A DNA stretch of 64,000 bases from Eledone cirrhosa (lineage: Eukaryota), in assembly GCA_964016885.1 (NCBI GenBank), contig OZ024747.1:1550001-1614000 (forward strand), given 5' to 3'. Below, one piece after another: positions 1 through 12,876 of the stretch (position 1 is its first letter; the number at the start of each line of letters is the position of its first letter). Below the pieces are notes generated by a model. The model ran no database searches. It was not told the origin of the DNA and saw only the letters and a list, made by a program, of their open reading frames with translations. The position numbers were made by a program, and so were the translations under genes.

Positions 1-242
1 GGATAAGTACAAATAATCTGTGTCTGAATTTAAAAAAACAGGATGTTTATAGCTAGAAGACCATTAACGGCAGCAGCTGAATCAGAGCTGACTTGAGGCT
101 AAATACTCTTCTCTCTCTCTCTCTCATGATGTCTACATATTAGAGATTATATTGGATTTGATTGTACCTGATTCACCCTACCATCTTTGCACATCTCTAA
201 TACTACCTCTCCCTCTCTTTATTCCCCTCTCTCTTGCGTAAT

Positions 243-300
243 GACCGAAATGATACAAGCGACAGAAATGATGTTCCTCCGAAGGGTCTCTGAAGTAACT
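243..300 (+). mobile_element. Tiny RTE LINE fragment
   Basis: Reads IQATEMMFLRRVSEVT, matching the RTE consensus IQAAEMRFLRRV. Confidence 0.5.
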
Positions 301-633
301 CTATTCCTTATTTATTCCTATATCATTTCATTACCTGTGTCATAAATTCTCCTGATTATATCAGCTTCTATCATTAATGTTCTTTCATACACACTCAGTT
401 CTTTTGTTCTCTGAGGTCAGAAGAGTTTCTTACATAGGTACTAGGCCAGAAATTTGGGGAGAATTGACTCAAGTACTTGACTGACTGTGTGGTTAAGAAG
501 TTCACTTTGCAACCACATGGTTTTGACTACTAGACTCTCTGCATGGCACCTTGAACAGGTGTTTTCTACTATAGCCTCAGATCACCTTATGCCATGTGAG
601 TGAATTTTGTTGACAGAAATTATGAGGAAACCC

Positions 634-677
<44 letters not shown>

Positions 678-1151
678 AATTTACCACATGTCTTCATATC
701 ATCAACATTTAAAACTAAGTGGTGATACTTGTTTATGTCCCATATAAACAATATAGTTTTACAGTTCAACAAAGATGAGTGGCAGATATTATAGTTAGAA
801 ATAAGGTGATGATTGGCATCAAATTGGACACCTGACCATAGAAAAAACTGCTTCAAAACGTCTTGTCCAACCCATGCCAGTGTGGAAAGCAAACACACAA
901 ATGATGATGATGATGATTACTCCAGAAAGGTGAAAAGTAAAGTTGGCTGCAGCAGGATTTGAACTCAAAATTTGAAATCATAATAGCATAAACCATTTCA
1001 TTTGGTGCTCCACTGATTCTGTCAATATCTTGGATTCTCTACAAAGATTGTGGCTGCTTCCCATCCTTCTCATACTAACTCTAGAGAATAAGGTGACCCC
1101 CCCCCCCTCCCAATCTCCAAGTTTCCTTGATTGAGGTTGACCTATGATTAA

Positions 1152-1295
1152 CCCTTTAGCATTTTACTCTATATTTACTATTATATTTTTTATGATAGAG
1201 GCTTTGCCTCACATAATATCGAATCTGAAATTTTGAGAACAATACCTCAACATCAGTATGAGTGGCTGGTTATAGCCGGTTTAAATGCTATAGGG
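1152..1295. mobile_element. TTAA-flanked MITE (piggyBac-type ends)
   Basis: TTAA|CCCTTTAGCATTT ... AAATGCTATAGGG|TTAA. Related copies at 5847-6043 and 40546-40737. Confidence 0.7.
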
Positions 1296-1660
1296 TTAAA
1301 CAACTTCTTATTGATATATAAAATAATGGTTTCTGATTTTAGGCACAAGGCCAATAATTTTGGGGGAGGGGAAAGTCGATTAAATCGACCTCAGTGTGTG
1401 ACTAGTACTTTATTTTATTGACCCTGTGTAAGGATGAAAGGATTTGAACTCAGACTGTAAAGGGCCATAACTCTGTTACAAAGCATATTGTCCAACGCCT
1501 TATCAATACTGCCAATCCACCACCCTTAATATATAAAATAACATCCGACTGTTTTAAATTAAGGTTACATTGAATAGAAGGGATGGTCACAGTTGGAATG
1601 TCTTTGATCATTGGTTTGTTCATTCAAGACATACCTGCGGTCAAACACCAAGAACAGACA

Positions 1661-2373
1661 GGATGGTCATAGCTATAACATAAGTCTCCTTGACCAACAC
1701 TGACCAGGGTAGGATGGTCATAGCTATAACATAAGTCTCCTTGACCAACACTGACCAGGGTAGGATGGTCATAGCTATAACATAAGTCTCCTTGACCAAC
1801 GCTGACCAGGGTAGGATGGTCATAGCTATAACATAAGTCTCCTTGACCAACACTGACCAGGGTAGGATGGTCATAGCTGTAACATAAGTCTCCTTGACCA
1901 ACACTGACCAGGGTAGGATGGTCATAGCTGTAACATAAGTCTCCTTGACCAACACTGACCAGGGTAGGATGGTCATAGCTATAACATAAGTCTCCTTGAC
2001 CAACACTGACCAGGGTAGGATGGTCATAGCTATAACATAAGTCTCCTTGACCAACACTGACCAGGGTAGGATGGTCATAGCTGTAACATAAGTCTCCTTG
2101 ACCAACGCTGACCAGGGTAGGATGGTTATAGCTGTAACATAAGTCTCCTTGACCAACACTGACCAGGGTAGGATGGTCATAGCTGTAACATAAGTCTCCT
2201 TGACCAACATTGACCAGGGTAGGATGGTCATAGCTGTAACATAAGTCTCCTTGACCAACACTGATCAGGGTAGGATGGTCATAGCTGTAACATAAGTCTC
2301 CTTGACCAACACTGACCAGGGTAGGATGGTCATAGCTGTAACATAAGTCTCCTTGACCAACACTGACCAGGGT
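1661..2373. repeat. 51-bp minisatellite x14
   Basis: Unit GGATGGTCATAGCT(A/G)TAACATAAGTCTCCTTGACCAACACTGACCAGGGTA, near-perfect. Confidence 0.97.
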
Positions 2374-2619
2374 TTCAACAATTTTAACAATAATAACTTG
2401 AGTGTTGTGCTTTATATATCTTACGCCAAGCAAAAGCTATTTTGTTAAGATTTCTTATTTAGCTCTGATTTAAAGTGGGAAGATTAAAGATTAATAATCT
2501 GGATTATCCAAAATACTGTTTTAATCAAAAGATTATCATATCAGATAGGAAATGTTATTGCACATCACGTACTGTAAACAATTTCAACGTTAGCAACCAC
2601 ATAAACAAATTCCTCAAGA

Positions 2620-3510
2620 TTCTGGTCATTACACTCTGGACAATACACTCTGGTCATTCTCTGTTCTCTGGACAATACACTCTGGTCATTCTCTGTTCTC
2701 TGGACAATACACTCTGGTCATTCTCTGTTCTCTGGACAATACACTCTGGTCATTCTCTGTTCTCTGGACAATACATTCTGGCCATACTCAGCTCCCCTGG
2801 ACAACACATAGTAGTCATACTTAGTTCCCTGGACAATACCTTCTGATCATACTTAGTTCCCTGGACAATACCTTCTGGTCATACTCTGTTCTCTGGACAA
2901 CATATTCTGGCCATACTCAGCTCCCTGGATAATACTGTGGTCATATCCTGCTCCCTGTATAACACACTGATTATACTCAGCCTTCTAGAGAACAAAAAAC
3001 ATTTGGGCATTCTCAGCTCCCTGGACAACACCCTTTGGTCATACTCAGCTCCCTGGACAACACCCTTTGGTCATACTCAGCTCCCTGGACAACACCCTTT
3101 GGTCATACTCAGCTCCCAAGACAACACCCTTTTGTCATACTCAGCTCCCAAGACAACACCCTTTGGTCATACTCAGCTCCCAAGACAACACCCTTTTGTC
3201 ATACTCAGCTCCCAAGACAACACCCTTTGGTCATACTCAGCTCCCAAGACAGCACCCTTTTGTCATACTCAGCTCCCAAGACAACACCCTTTGGTCATAC
3301 TCAGCTCCCAAGACAACACCCTTTGGTTATACTCTGCTCCCAAGACGACACCCATTTGTCATACTCTGCTCTCAAGACAACAGTCTTCTGGTCATACTCA
3401 GCTCTCAAGACAACAGTCTTCTGGTCATACTCTGCTCTCAAGACAACAGTCTTCTGGTCATACTCTGCTCTCAAGACAACAGTCTTCTGGTCATACTCTG
3501 CTCTTAGGAC
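2620..3510. repeat. 32-33-bp minisatellite with graded unit variants
   Basis: Core tggtcat(a/t)ctc(a/t)g(c/t)tc..(g/a)gacaa repeated about 25 times, with an interruption near 2960-3000. Confidence 0.93.
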
Positions 3511-4299
3511 AAATACTTCTGATAATTCCTGGACAAAACACCGCTGGTCACTATTTAAAGTTTATTGACCGCACAATTCTCTGCCCTTCTTTCCTATCAC
3601 AATATGTGGGAATCTGTACAATAATCAACAATCTGTACAGCTTCACTGTACAGATTATTGATTTTCAAATTGAAGAGCTCTCTTATATGAGTTGACTTTT
3701 TTTTAGATTGAAAAAAGTGGCTCAGTATTTCTTTTCCACTCTACACACTTGAGCCTTTCTTTTGAAACTTTGAACCACAGCTATCAAACTTTCACTACTC
3801 CATCAACAGCATTTCTTCCCAGTCACATCTGGACCACTTTAATTTTAACATCTGTTTTCTATAAAAATTCAAGTAGGTTCTAGTTTAATATATTGTTCAA
3901 ATGAAATACTGTTTGAGTCTGTGTGTGTATATATACTCATACATGTGTGTGTATGTATGTAAATATAAGGGAATATATGTTTGCTTTCAACCTTTTCAGG
4001 TATATATATATATATATATATATATAAACATAAACATCCATGTCTGTATCCATAAATATATATATACCCATTTATTTGAACTTTCATTAGTTTTGTATTT
4101 TCTTATTTTCATAGTGACGGAAATTTTGATTTTTAAATATATATATATATATATACTTACACACACATATACACATCTATCACCTGCACACTCTCATATT
4201 TGTTTGCACACACGTGTATGTGTATAGATTGTAAATATCTTACACATCACATCTTTTTATGTATATGTGTGTAAAGGTGTATGTATGGTGTAAAGGCTC

Positions 4300-4570
4300 A
4301 TCTATCACTTCTCACGTGTGTGTGTGTATTTCTGTCCCCTCCCATCACGTGTGTGTGTGTGTATTTCTGTCCCCTCCTATCACGTGTGTATCTGTGTGTG
4401 TGTGTGTTACTGTCCCCGCCCATCACGTGTGTGTGTTACTGTCCCTTCCTATCTCGTGTGTGTGCTACTGTCCCCTCCTATCACATGTATGTGTGTTACT
4501 GTCCCCTCCCATCACATGTGTGTATCTGTGTGTGTGTTACTGTCCCTTCCTATCTCACATGTGTTCTGTC
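4300..4570. repeat. Irregular 30-40-bp minisatellite (ctgtccc..cc(t)atcacgtgtgtgtg)
   Basis: About 7 units ending at the 4580 acceptor. Confidence 0.85.
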
Positions 4571-4579
4571 ATCCCTCAG

Positions 4580-4723
4580 ATGAAGATGATGAGCTGCATC
4601 CATTCCCCTGATGTAAAGGAAGATACTCAGGATCACAGTGGAAACCCTGAACCCCGGGGTAATGACACAACCCTCACCCCTATGATGACCTCTTCAGAAT
4701 TTCTGCTGAACTATGACCTACAG
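4580..4723 (+). CDS. Candidate upstream exon of the ASB gene (MKMMSCIHSPDVKEDTQDHSGNPEPRGNDTTLTPMMTSSEFLLNYDLQ)
   Basis: Acceptor gttctgtcatccctcAG, 144 nt open frame, consensus donor CAG|GTAAGT. Phase 0 matches the acceptor at 19295. No recognisable domain. Confidence 0.5.
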
Positions 4724-4914
4724 GTAAGTCCATGTCACCAGAAGTGAGTCACCTAGAAAGATGTGGCAACATTAAAGATGTGCAGGTGTGTTACCAATGT
4801 AGAATGGTTGCTATGGCAATCAGTGGAAAATTGAACAAAATATCTGCAGTTTTTAGTTTGAGTTCAAATCCTGCCTAACTTGACTTTCCTAGAATCATTG
4901 AAGTAACATGTAAT

Positions 4915-5228
4915 CAGGGTTGGGTTTAGAACTTGAGGGGCCTAGGGCACTTCAGTTTTGGGGGACCCCTCCTACACAAAAGATTACAATACACAGCAGC
5001 CCACCCCAATTTTACATATCAAAGTCAGCTTATCACCAATAATTGGAATTTAAAAGTTATTTATACAGGTACTGAATTCAAAAATTCTAGCCATCCTTAA
5101 ACTAAAGAACCCAGCTGAGGGCATAAATAAATTGCTACGGCCATCGCTGGTTAGCCCCCCCCCCCCCCCATCCACTGCAAGGGGTCTGGAGTAATTATCC
5201 CCTTTGCTTTCCATTAAATCCGGCCCTG
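4915..5228. mobile_element. Non-autonomous hAT-type element
   Basis: Termini CAGGGTTGGGTTTA and TAAATCCGGCCCTG form a degenerate TIR. Flanking 8-mers CATGTAAT and CATATAAT match 7/8 (TSD). Confidence 0.7.
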
Positions 5229-5846
5229 CATATAATAGACTGTGACTCCCACCTTCCATGTGTGATCCTGTGTAAAATATCATCATTGTCATTGTTACGA
5301 GAGGGGTTAGCCTTGTGTCTATAACAGAAACAATTATTATGTGAAGATGGTTGCATGCTAAACATGGTAAGGTGCCATGCTAAATACAGACTTATGAAGA
5401 AAGGTAGCTGTGATGATTCGTGTCTTTTACCTCCATACACTACATTCAATAATGACTGTATGTTGTCACCTATCATTTAGTCTCAACAGGTTCAATAACA
5501 GATCACCGCTATCTCAGTAATTTTTCTGTTGTCTTTATATATTTTACTGTATTTTTACTTCATAATATCTAATCATATAATCTTTGATTTTCGCCTTTCT
5601 CACTTCCATACATTTTGCTTTTCATCAACAGCCTCTGTACGCCATTTTTCTAAAATATTTTCTGAAAGTATTTTGATTCTCCTTTGATGGTGTTTGATAA
5701 AATGTATTTTTTACTAAAGTCATAGATAACTTCATGTAAAATTGATTCAAGAAATCTTTACTGTTCTGTTAGAAGTAAAATATTCTGAACACCAGATACT
5801 TTGAACCGTGACGGATGTCTGTAACTGTTTTGAAATGACAACATAG

Positions 5847-6043
5847 TTAAACCTTTACCATTACTCTATATTTACTATTGTATTTTCACAATAAACACTT
5901 GACCTCACATAATATTGAATCTACAAGATCTTGATATTATCTATTTTGATAACAATACCTTAACATCAGTATGAGCGGCCGGTTACGAATGGTTTGAACT
6001 GAATTCTGGCCAGATATGGCCAGTTTAAATGCTATAAGGTTAA
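5847..6043. mobile_element. Second copy of the TTAA-flanked MITE family
   Basis: Shares tactctatatttacta, cctcacataatat and aacaatacct..aacatcagtatgag with 1152-1295. TTAA at both ends. Confidence 0.65.
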
Positions 6044-7934
6044 ATCACTGATGCAAAATGAATTAAATGCCTGAATGGATTAACCTTGACTGCAGAAACA
6101 GACAAGTATCTTAAACCCATTCAATTTTAAATTGGATATACTCAGAGAACTGTTAGAAATAAAACATTCTGAAGATCAAATATTTTGAACTGTAGCAAAG
6201 TAGAATGTTTATGAATGAGAACACAGCAAAACCATTGATTAAAAACAAATTAACTTTCTGAATGGACTTACACCAGGACATGAGAATTAACACCAAATAA
6301 TGATATTGTTTGGCCTTTAATGATGATTTCTATTATATCCATAAAAGAGAAGTGAGTTTTTTCACTGGTGCTCTTACTGCTAAATACTCTTATGACCTAG
6401 CATACAAAATCTTTTTCTTCTCCTGTTGTCTGTACACCCATAGTTTACACAAGGTACACTGTATGGAGTTTTTACCTACTCTTTTTCTGTATATCAAGCT
6501 CAGCAATTTCCCTGATGTTAACTGGATCTTGTCTTCTTTCCTACTTATTAAAACTAGTTTTTATTTAGTTTACTGAGTGGCTTCTTGATTCTAGATTTTG
6601 TTTCTATATTTGGAATTTCTTTTCCAATTCTACTACAGATTCAATTTTACAAACTAAGTCATCAACATAAAGGAGTTCCTGTGAACAACTGGTTTTAATC
6701 TACTCTCTTATGGCTTGGATGGCTGGGGCTGGCCCTTTGTGGGCCTGCATGCTAAATTCATTGCTGTACTCATTGATAAGTCTCAAACTTGCTGACTTAA
6801 TCCCTGTACTTGGCTTGTTCAGTTATCACAAGTCCTCTACTATTGCTTTCGTTAGTGACCACCATTTTACAGAGCATGGAACCCTGTCAGAGGCTGTCTC
6901 TAGGTTCATCAATGTGCTAGGTGCAGTAAATTATTACTTCTGCTGTTGTCTCACTAGAAAGAGGGCATTGGTACTAGCACATCCTGTTATAAACATCATC
7001 ATCAGTTTTACATCTGTTTTTCCATGTTCGCATAGGTTGGATGGGTCCTTTAGAGCATAGCATCTCTCTACTCATGTTCCTTCATCATCTCCTCTATGAA
7101 CCTCAGCGATTTGAGATCAATTCTCACCACCTCTACCCAGGTCTTCCTTGGTCAACCTCTTCTGCAGCTTTCTTCCACTGGGATTTCCTGGCACTTCTTC
7201 ACCCAGCGATCATCATCCATGCATACCATGTCCATACCAATCAGTTGTCTCTCTTGCATACTACTTCACATTCCCCTTAAACCCAGTTCATCCAAGCTCT
7301 GCCTTTCTCTCACATTTACATTGCGCATCCAACGAAGCATTTAATTCTGTTCCTAACCGGTTACGTTATAACTCAGTAACTTTCATAATCTTGTCTATTA
7401 ACTTGATACCTCTAGAAGGTGCATGGCCCAGTGGTAAGGGTGTTAGACTTACGGTCATAATGTTGTGGGTTCGATTTTTGGACTGGGTTGTGTGTAGTGT
7501 TCTTGAGCAAAACACTTCATTTTACCTTGTTCCAGTATACTCAGCTGAAAATGAGTACCAGCAATAGCTGGGGGTTTAACCCTATGATGGACTGGTGTCA
7601 TGTCCAGAGGGAAGTCTTGTACTCTCAGTTGCTTCACGCCACGGAAACTGGGGTAAGTACCAGTCTGATGAGCCACCAGGCTCAAGACAGACTTTAGATT
7701 CACATATATACATGCACCTATATACATACACATATATACATACACATATATACATACACATATATACATACACATGTATATATCATCATCGTCATCATTT
7801 TACACCTACTTTCCACATTGGCATATATGTCATAGTCTGAGACCAAATAAATCTAATCGACCTAGCTTGCTCAGATGTTCCATATTTGGCATATTTTCTA
7901 TAGCTGGATACCCTTCCTAATGCCAACAACCTTA

Positions 7935-8165
7935 CAGAATGTACTGGGTGCATTTTTCATGGCACCACCATTACCATTTGCTAGAGTGAACTGGGTGCAT
8001 TTTTCATGGCACCACCATTACCATTTTCCAGAGTGAACTGGGTGCATTTTTCATGGCACCACTATTAACATTTTCCAGAGTATACTGAGTGCATTTTTCA
8101 TGACACTAGTACTAACATTTTACAGAGTGTACTTGGTGCATTTTTCATGACTCTAACACTAACAT
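7935..8165. repeat. 47-bp tandem repeat x5 derived from family C
   Basis: Unit agagtg(a/t)actgggtgcatttttcatggcacca... directly continues the family C copy at ~7895-7950. Confidence 0.85.
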
Positions 8166-8389
8166 TGGGTGTATGTTATTGTAGCACCAATGCTACTGAA
8201 ATTGTTAGCTAATCATCCAGAATACTTGGATCTTCATCGTTTCCATTGTCACCAACCCTGAGGTCTCCAATTACAACAGTTTCATTTTGTGTCACAGTTC
8301 TTGTACAGGAGGTTGTGTATTTTATATTATAACATATTGCAACTCTGCTTGGCCTTATTTCCTTTGTGATATTCACTTCTTTTAGGTTC

Positions 8390-8860
8390 ATTCTTCAAAC
8401 CTTCAACCCGTGTCTTCCTTAGTCTCCCTATTTCACAGGTCCCATCCACTTCAAACACTCGGGAGTTTTCTACACAAGTCTGTCTCATTCTAGTGCAATC
8501 ATCTCTCTTGTATGCTATATTCAGTTCCTCTTATACTCAGCTTACTTATACTCTGTCATTCACGTACACAAACATTATACATCCAGCATAGCTTGCATGT
8601 TTCATTTCTTTTTAGCCACCACAGATCCTCTGCACTCAGGGCCCATGTCTCACTGCCAATGTAGCATAGCAATTCGCACACAAGCGTCATATAATCTGCT
8701 GTTCACTCTGAAAGAGAAGCCTTTTTTTTACCATCTCCCTGAATTTCTTCCACCCTGTTCTCATTCTGGTTGCAGCATTTTCAGTGCATCCACCACCACT
8801 GCTAATGAGGCCATCTAGATAAAAACTTTCTACTTCTTGACAACAAGAACCTTCAGACAT
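8390..8860 (-). mobile_element. Decayed RTE LINE fragment, minus strand
   Basis: Minus strand reads GFSFRVNSRLYDACVRIAMLH at about 8660-8722, a typical RTE ORF2 segment also seen at ~49680-49745(+). Confidence 0.65.
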
Positions 8861-8904
8861 TTGAGAGAGTTTATTTCATATATATATATATATATATATA
8901 CTTA

Positions 8905-9560
8905 TAACTGAATCTAAGGAAGAGGTTGCGAAACCGAATTTAGAATGAAAAGGGCTGATAGTAAACGTAGCAAAAACTGAAGTTTCTGTAACCAATAAAG
9001 AGGACAAGACTCTGATCTTACCAAGGAAGCAGCAGTGCTCAATATGTAGAAAAGAAGTAGGTAGGGATTCTATCCAATCTACTCAATGTAAGATATGGAT
9101 ACATACGAGGTGTAGAGGCAGACTAACAATATAGACTTGCCTATGGCAGATACACAGGAATAATGCAAGAGCGGCCTTACCACGAACCTTTCCCTATTTC
9201 AGGAAGGTAGCATAGATGTAGTTGATAGTTTCTGTTACTTAGGTGACTTAATTAGCAGTGGATGGGATTCCTCTGAAAGCATAGGGTCTAGAATAAGGAC
9301 AGGCTGGTAAAAAGTTTAAGGAGCTGTTACCTCTATTGACAACAAAGAGATTTTCTCTAGGAGTGAAGCCTAGATTGTCTGCTGCTTGAATGAGTAGTAC
9401 AATGTTGCATGTGAAGCAGTAAATGTAGAAAATATATAGAGATTGTTACATGTGCAGTGTGATGGGGGGACATGGAGGAAATGAGAGACAAGTTGGGTAT
9501 CAGAGGAATCAGATATTGTGTGTTAGAGAGAAGTCTGCTCTGGTTATAGGATGTATATCT
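8905..9560 (+). mobile_element. Decayed RTE LINE fragment, same family as 30690-31235
   Basis: Shares gtagttgatagtttctgttacttaggtgacttaattagcagt (VVDSFCYLGDLIS) and the Cys-rich segment. Confidence 0.7.
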
Positions 9561-9922
9561 CGAATGTTCTAACATCTCTGTCAATTTGGTGCCTTGTTTG
9601 ATATATACATATATATATGCAGAGGTTATATTTAATTTGTTGGGATTCAACAAGCTTAAAAATTTTATAACTTTTATGGACACTCATTTGCATACTCACT
9701 CATAACTTTGTATTACCCTCAATAAAATATTATCTCCACTATCCAGGAAGCTCCAACTGTTAAGGTTGTCTTTTTTCCAGGTATGTCAATATTTATTTAT
9801 AAAACAAATCTGTATTTTATCTGATGAAAGCACACCATAATTTGCCTTGGTTGCCCTTGAAATATGTATAATAGAATAAATATGGTTTTATAAATATAGT
9901 TTCCATTTATTAATATATTGTG

Positions 9923-10020
<98 letters not shown>

Positions 10021-10129
10021 TGTATATGTATATATATGTATATATTACTCTATTACGTGTTCCAGCCGTCAAGCTGAGACCATGCTGGAGCACTGGCATT
10101 AATATATATGGTTGTGTAGGTATCATGAC

Positions 10130-10310
10130 AAAAAGCACCCAGCCCACACTGCAAATGTGGTTGTTATTAGGAAGGGTATCCAGCTGTAGAAGCCAAGCCA
10201 AAACTAGTCCTGTATGAGCAAGTCATGGCCACCTGACCTGGCTTGTCTCACAACTGGGAAACCCGTCTAACCCATGCTAACGTGGAACATGGACGTTAAA
10301 TGATGATGAC
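10130..10310 (+). mobile_element. Retroposon 3' module family C (aaagcacccag...ttaggaagggcatccag...aacccatgctagcatgg...ggacgttaaa(TGA)n)
   Basis: More than ten copies in both orientations, e.g. 11059-11300(-), 17710-17880(-), 21385-21650(+), 30025-30255(-), 59122-59298(-), 62925-63080(+), 63325-63476(+). Confidence 0.75.
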
Positions 10311-10550
10311 GATATATAACTTTAAAATAAAACATTAAAAATGCCTTATTGATCTTTAATACTTTGTGTTTCTAATTAATGGAATTTCCAGTGTCAGTAA
10401 GTAAAAAGTTAATAGCGAGATGAACTATAGTGCTTAGGAAGTAAATGTTGTTGTCAGTCTTGATTCAGCAATTTTATGATCAACACACACACACATATAT
10501 ATAATATATATATATATATATATGTGTGTGTGGGTTTGTGTGTATATATA

Positions 10551-10622
10551 TATATAATGTTGAAAGAGATAGAAGGCTAAACAATGTATTGTTTAACCTT
10601 CTATCTCTTTCAATATTATATA
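10551..10622. repeat. 72-bp near-perfect palindrome
   Basis: TATATAATGTTGAAAGAGATAGAAGGCTAAACAAT-gt-ATTGTTTAACCTTCTATCTCTTTCAATATTATATA, with two non-Watson-Crick positions. Confidence 0.9.
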
Positions 10623-10730
10623 TTATATACAATGTTTCAAGCAAACTACATTTTATTATATGTGTATATATCCGTCCAAATCCATGCAAGCGTGGAAGTT
10701 GGACGTTAAACGATGATGATGATGATGATG

Positions 10731-10995
10731 ATTGAATAATATATGGGATGTTTATTAAAAACATTTGAAGGCCTTTCGCTAGGAATTTTTAAGGCAGAAA
10801 TCTATAAGATCCAAGCTGACATTAGCCTCAACAAAGACAGAGATATATAGTCTCAATAACTGCTAATAAGTGAGAAACTCATCAATTACTTCATGTTTTT
10901 ACTGAGGCTGGGTGTGTGATGATGGTCACAACCTTAAAAATTCCTAGCGAAAGGCCTTGAAATGTTTTTCATAAACATCCCATATATTATTCAAT
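10731..10995. mobile_element. MITE-like element with 64-bp terminal inverted repeats
   Basis: 10731-10794 (ATTGAATAATATATGGGATGTTTAT...CCTTTCGCTAGGAATTTTTAAGG) is the near-exact reverse complement of 10932-10995. Superfamily not assignable. Confidence 0.75.
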
Positions 10996-11907
10996 ATACA
11001 ATACGTACACTTATATGTATATTGCTATGTCGGGGCACCAATACAAATTTTCAATATATCATCATCATCATCTTCGTTTAACGTCCATCTTCCACGCTAG
11101 CATGGGTTAGACGGGAGTTGTCCCACTTGAGGCAAGGTTTGTCGGGTGACCATGCCTTGCTCATATAGGACTATCTGGCAGGCTTTCTACGGCTGGATGC
11201 CCTTCCTAACACCAACCACATTTACAGTGTGGAACTGGGAACTTTTTACCGTGTTACCTACATGGCCACATTACAGTGGGGACTGTGTGTTTTTTCTCGT
11301 GATACCTACATGATCTCGATCTCATTTATCTCATTTATTTGGACTGGATGTTGTCCCAAATTTATAGAGAGAGGGTGTTGTTAGTGGGAGTGGGAGGATA
11401 GGGTAGGGGTAGTGGATTGGGGTGTATATTTGGTTAAGAGGTGCCTACTGACTGTAGGTTTCACTTTGTACATAGGCGAGGCAGGTCTTCTGTATTACTG
11501 CGTAGGGCCAAAGATCTCGGTCCAGTGACATTGTCTTAGAGAGGTGCAAGTGTGTAAGGTCGGAATCACTAAACCCTAATACAGCCAGAACAGCTGCACA
11601 TTCCACAACTATATCCCTAACTCACCCCTCACTCCCACCTGTGCACTTGCATGCACATCATCACCATTATCACTGTTTAACGTTCATGGGTCAGACGAGT
11701 TATACCGTTGTGAGCAATGCTAGCTCAGGTGACCATGTCATGCTCATACAGGACTGATTCTGGCTTGATTTCTACAGCTGGATGCCCTTCCTAGCGTCAA
11801 CCTAATTTACAGTGAGTGCTGGGTGCTTTTTGTCGTGACTCGTACACGACCACTTTACAGCGTGGTTTGGGTGATTGTTGCCATGACATGTACACGACCA
11901 CTATGTG

Positions 11908-11940
<33 letters not shown>

Positions 11941-11942
11941 GT

Positions 11943-12178
11943 AGGAGGCACATGGCTTAGTGGTTAGAGCATTGACCTTGCAATCGAAAGGTTGTGAGTT
12001 CAATTCTCAGACCAGGTGATGTGTTGTTTCCTTGAGCAAGACACTTTATTTCACATTGCTCCATTTTACTCAGCTGTAGAAATGAGATGATAGGGGCTGG
12101 AGTCCCTATCATTCCACTGCAAAGTAGTCGTGGAGGTGCCACAATAAAAAATCACCCAGCCCACACTGTAAAGTAGAC
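11943..12178 (+). mobile_element. tRNA-derived SINE family B
   Basis: A box TGGCTTAGTGG, B box GAGTTCAATTC, body ccttgagcaagacactttatttcacattgctcca. Relatives at ~7418-7695(+), 15660-15925(-), 32510-32810(-), 38128-38400(+), 44770-45030(+) and 59643-59968(-). Confidence 0.8.
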
Positions 12179-12232
<54 letters not shown>

Positions 12233-12876
12233 TTTCTGTATATTGTAGAGGTGTTGTATATAACATCTAGTATATATCTTGTGTGTGAGAGGAAGGGGTG
12301 ATGTATATAACACATAGTGTTTATCTTGTGTTGTGAAGGTGTTGTAACTCATGGGTATGTATATATATATGTACATTTGTATATATGTCTTTGTGTGTTG
12401 CTGCTGCTGCTGTAACATTGTTAATCATTGATTTTTTTTGTGTTATTTTCTTTACTAGCAGTAGTACTAGTTTGTTGTGTTTACCTCTGCCAACCTATAT
12501 CTACCTGCTCTTCTCCACCACTACCACCTCTACCACCACTACCTCCACCACCACTACCACCACCACTACTATACCACCACCATACCACCTCCTCTACCAC
12601 CCCTACCACCACCACTATAATCCCAGCTAAGTATATTAATACATTCTGCCGCAGTAAACACTGCAACAACAACAACAACACACTTTACCCACCCACCCTC
12701 TCTCTCTCTCTTACACTTGCTTTCTATTTGTCATTTTGTCTCCCTCTCGCACACATATATACACACACACACCTATTATTCATTACGTGTAATCTCCCCA
12801 CATACACCAACCAACATACCTACACACAACAACTACAGCCAAAACACTATTGTACAGTGTGTTGTGGTACCTATCC

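Noticed and set aside
1624-2433. 269-aa repeat-protein ORF, and similar ORFs at 2937-3695, 31259-32409, 60138-61433, 61965-62507 and 62526-62957
   Set aside because: Products of minisatellites whose units happen to be stop-free, mostly with lengths divisible by 3. They lie in introns or intergenic DNA and are open in multiple frames.
7660-7695. CTGATGAG-CC-acca-GG-CTC hammerhead-like motif (also ~15660-15690 minus and ~48196-48225)
   Set aside because: GAAA is absent in all three copies (CAAGAC or CGAGAC instead). It is the terminal hairpin of a SINE tail.
11943-12015. tRNA-like sequence with A and B boxes (also heads at 33088, 45203, 58053)
   Set aside because: Continues into a dispersed SINE body and lacks a proper cloverleaf. 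These are SINE heads, not tRNA genes.
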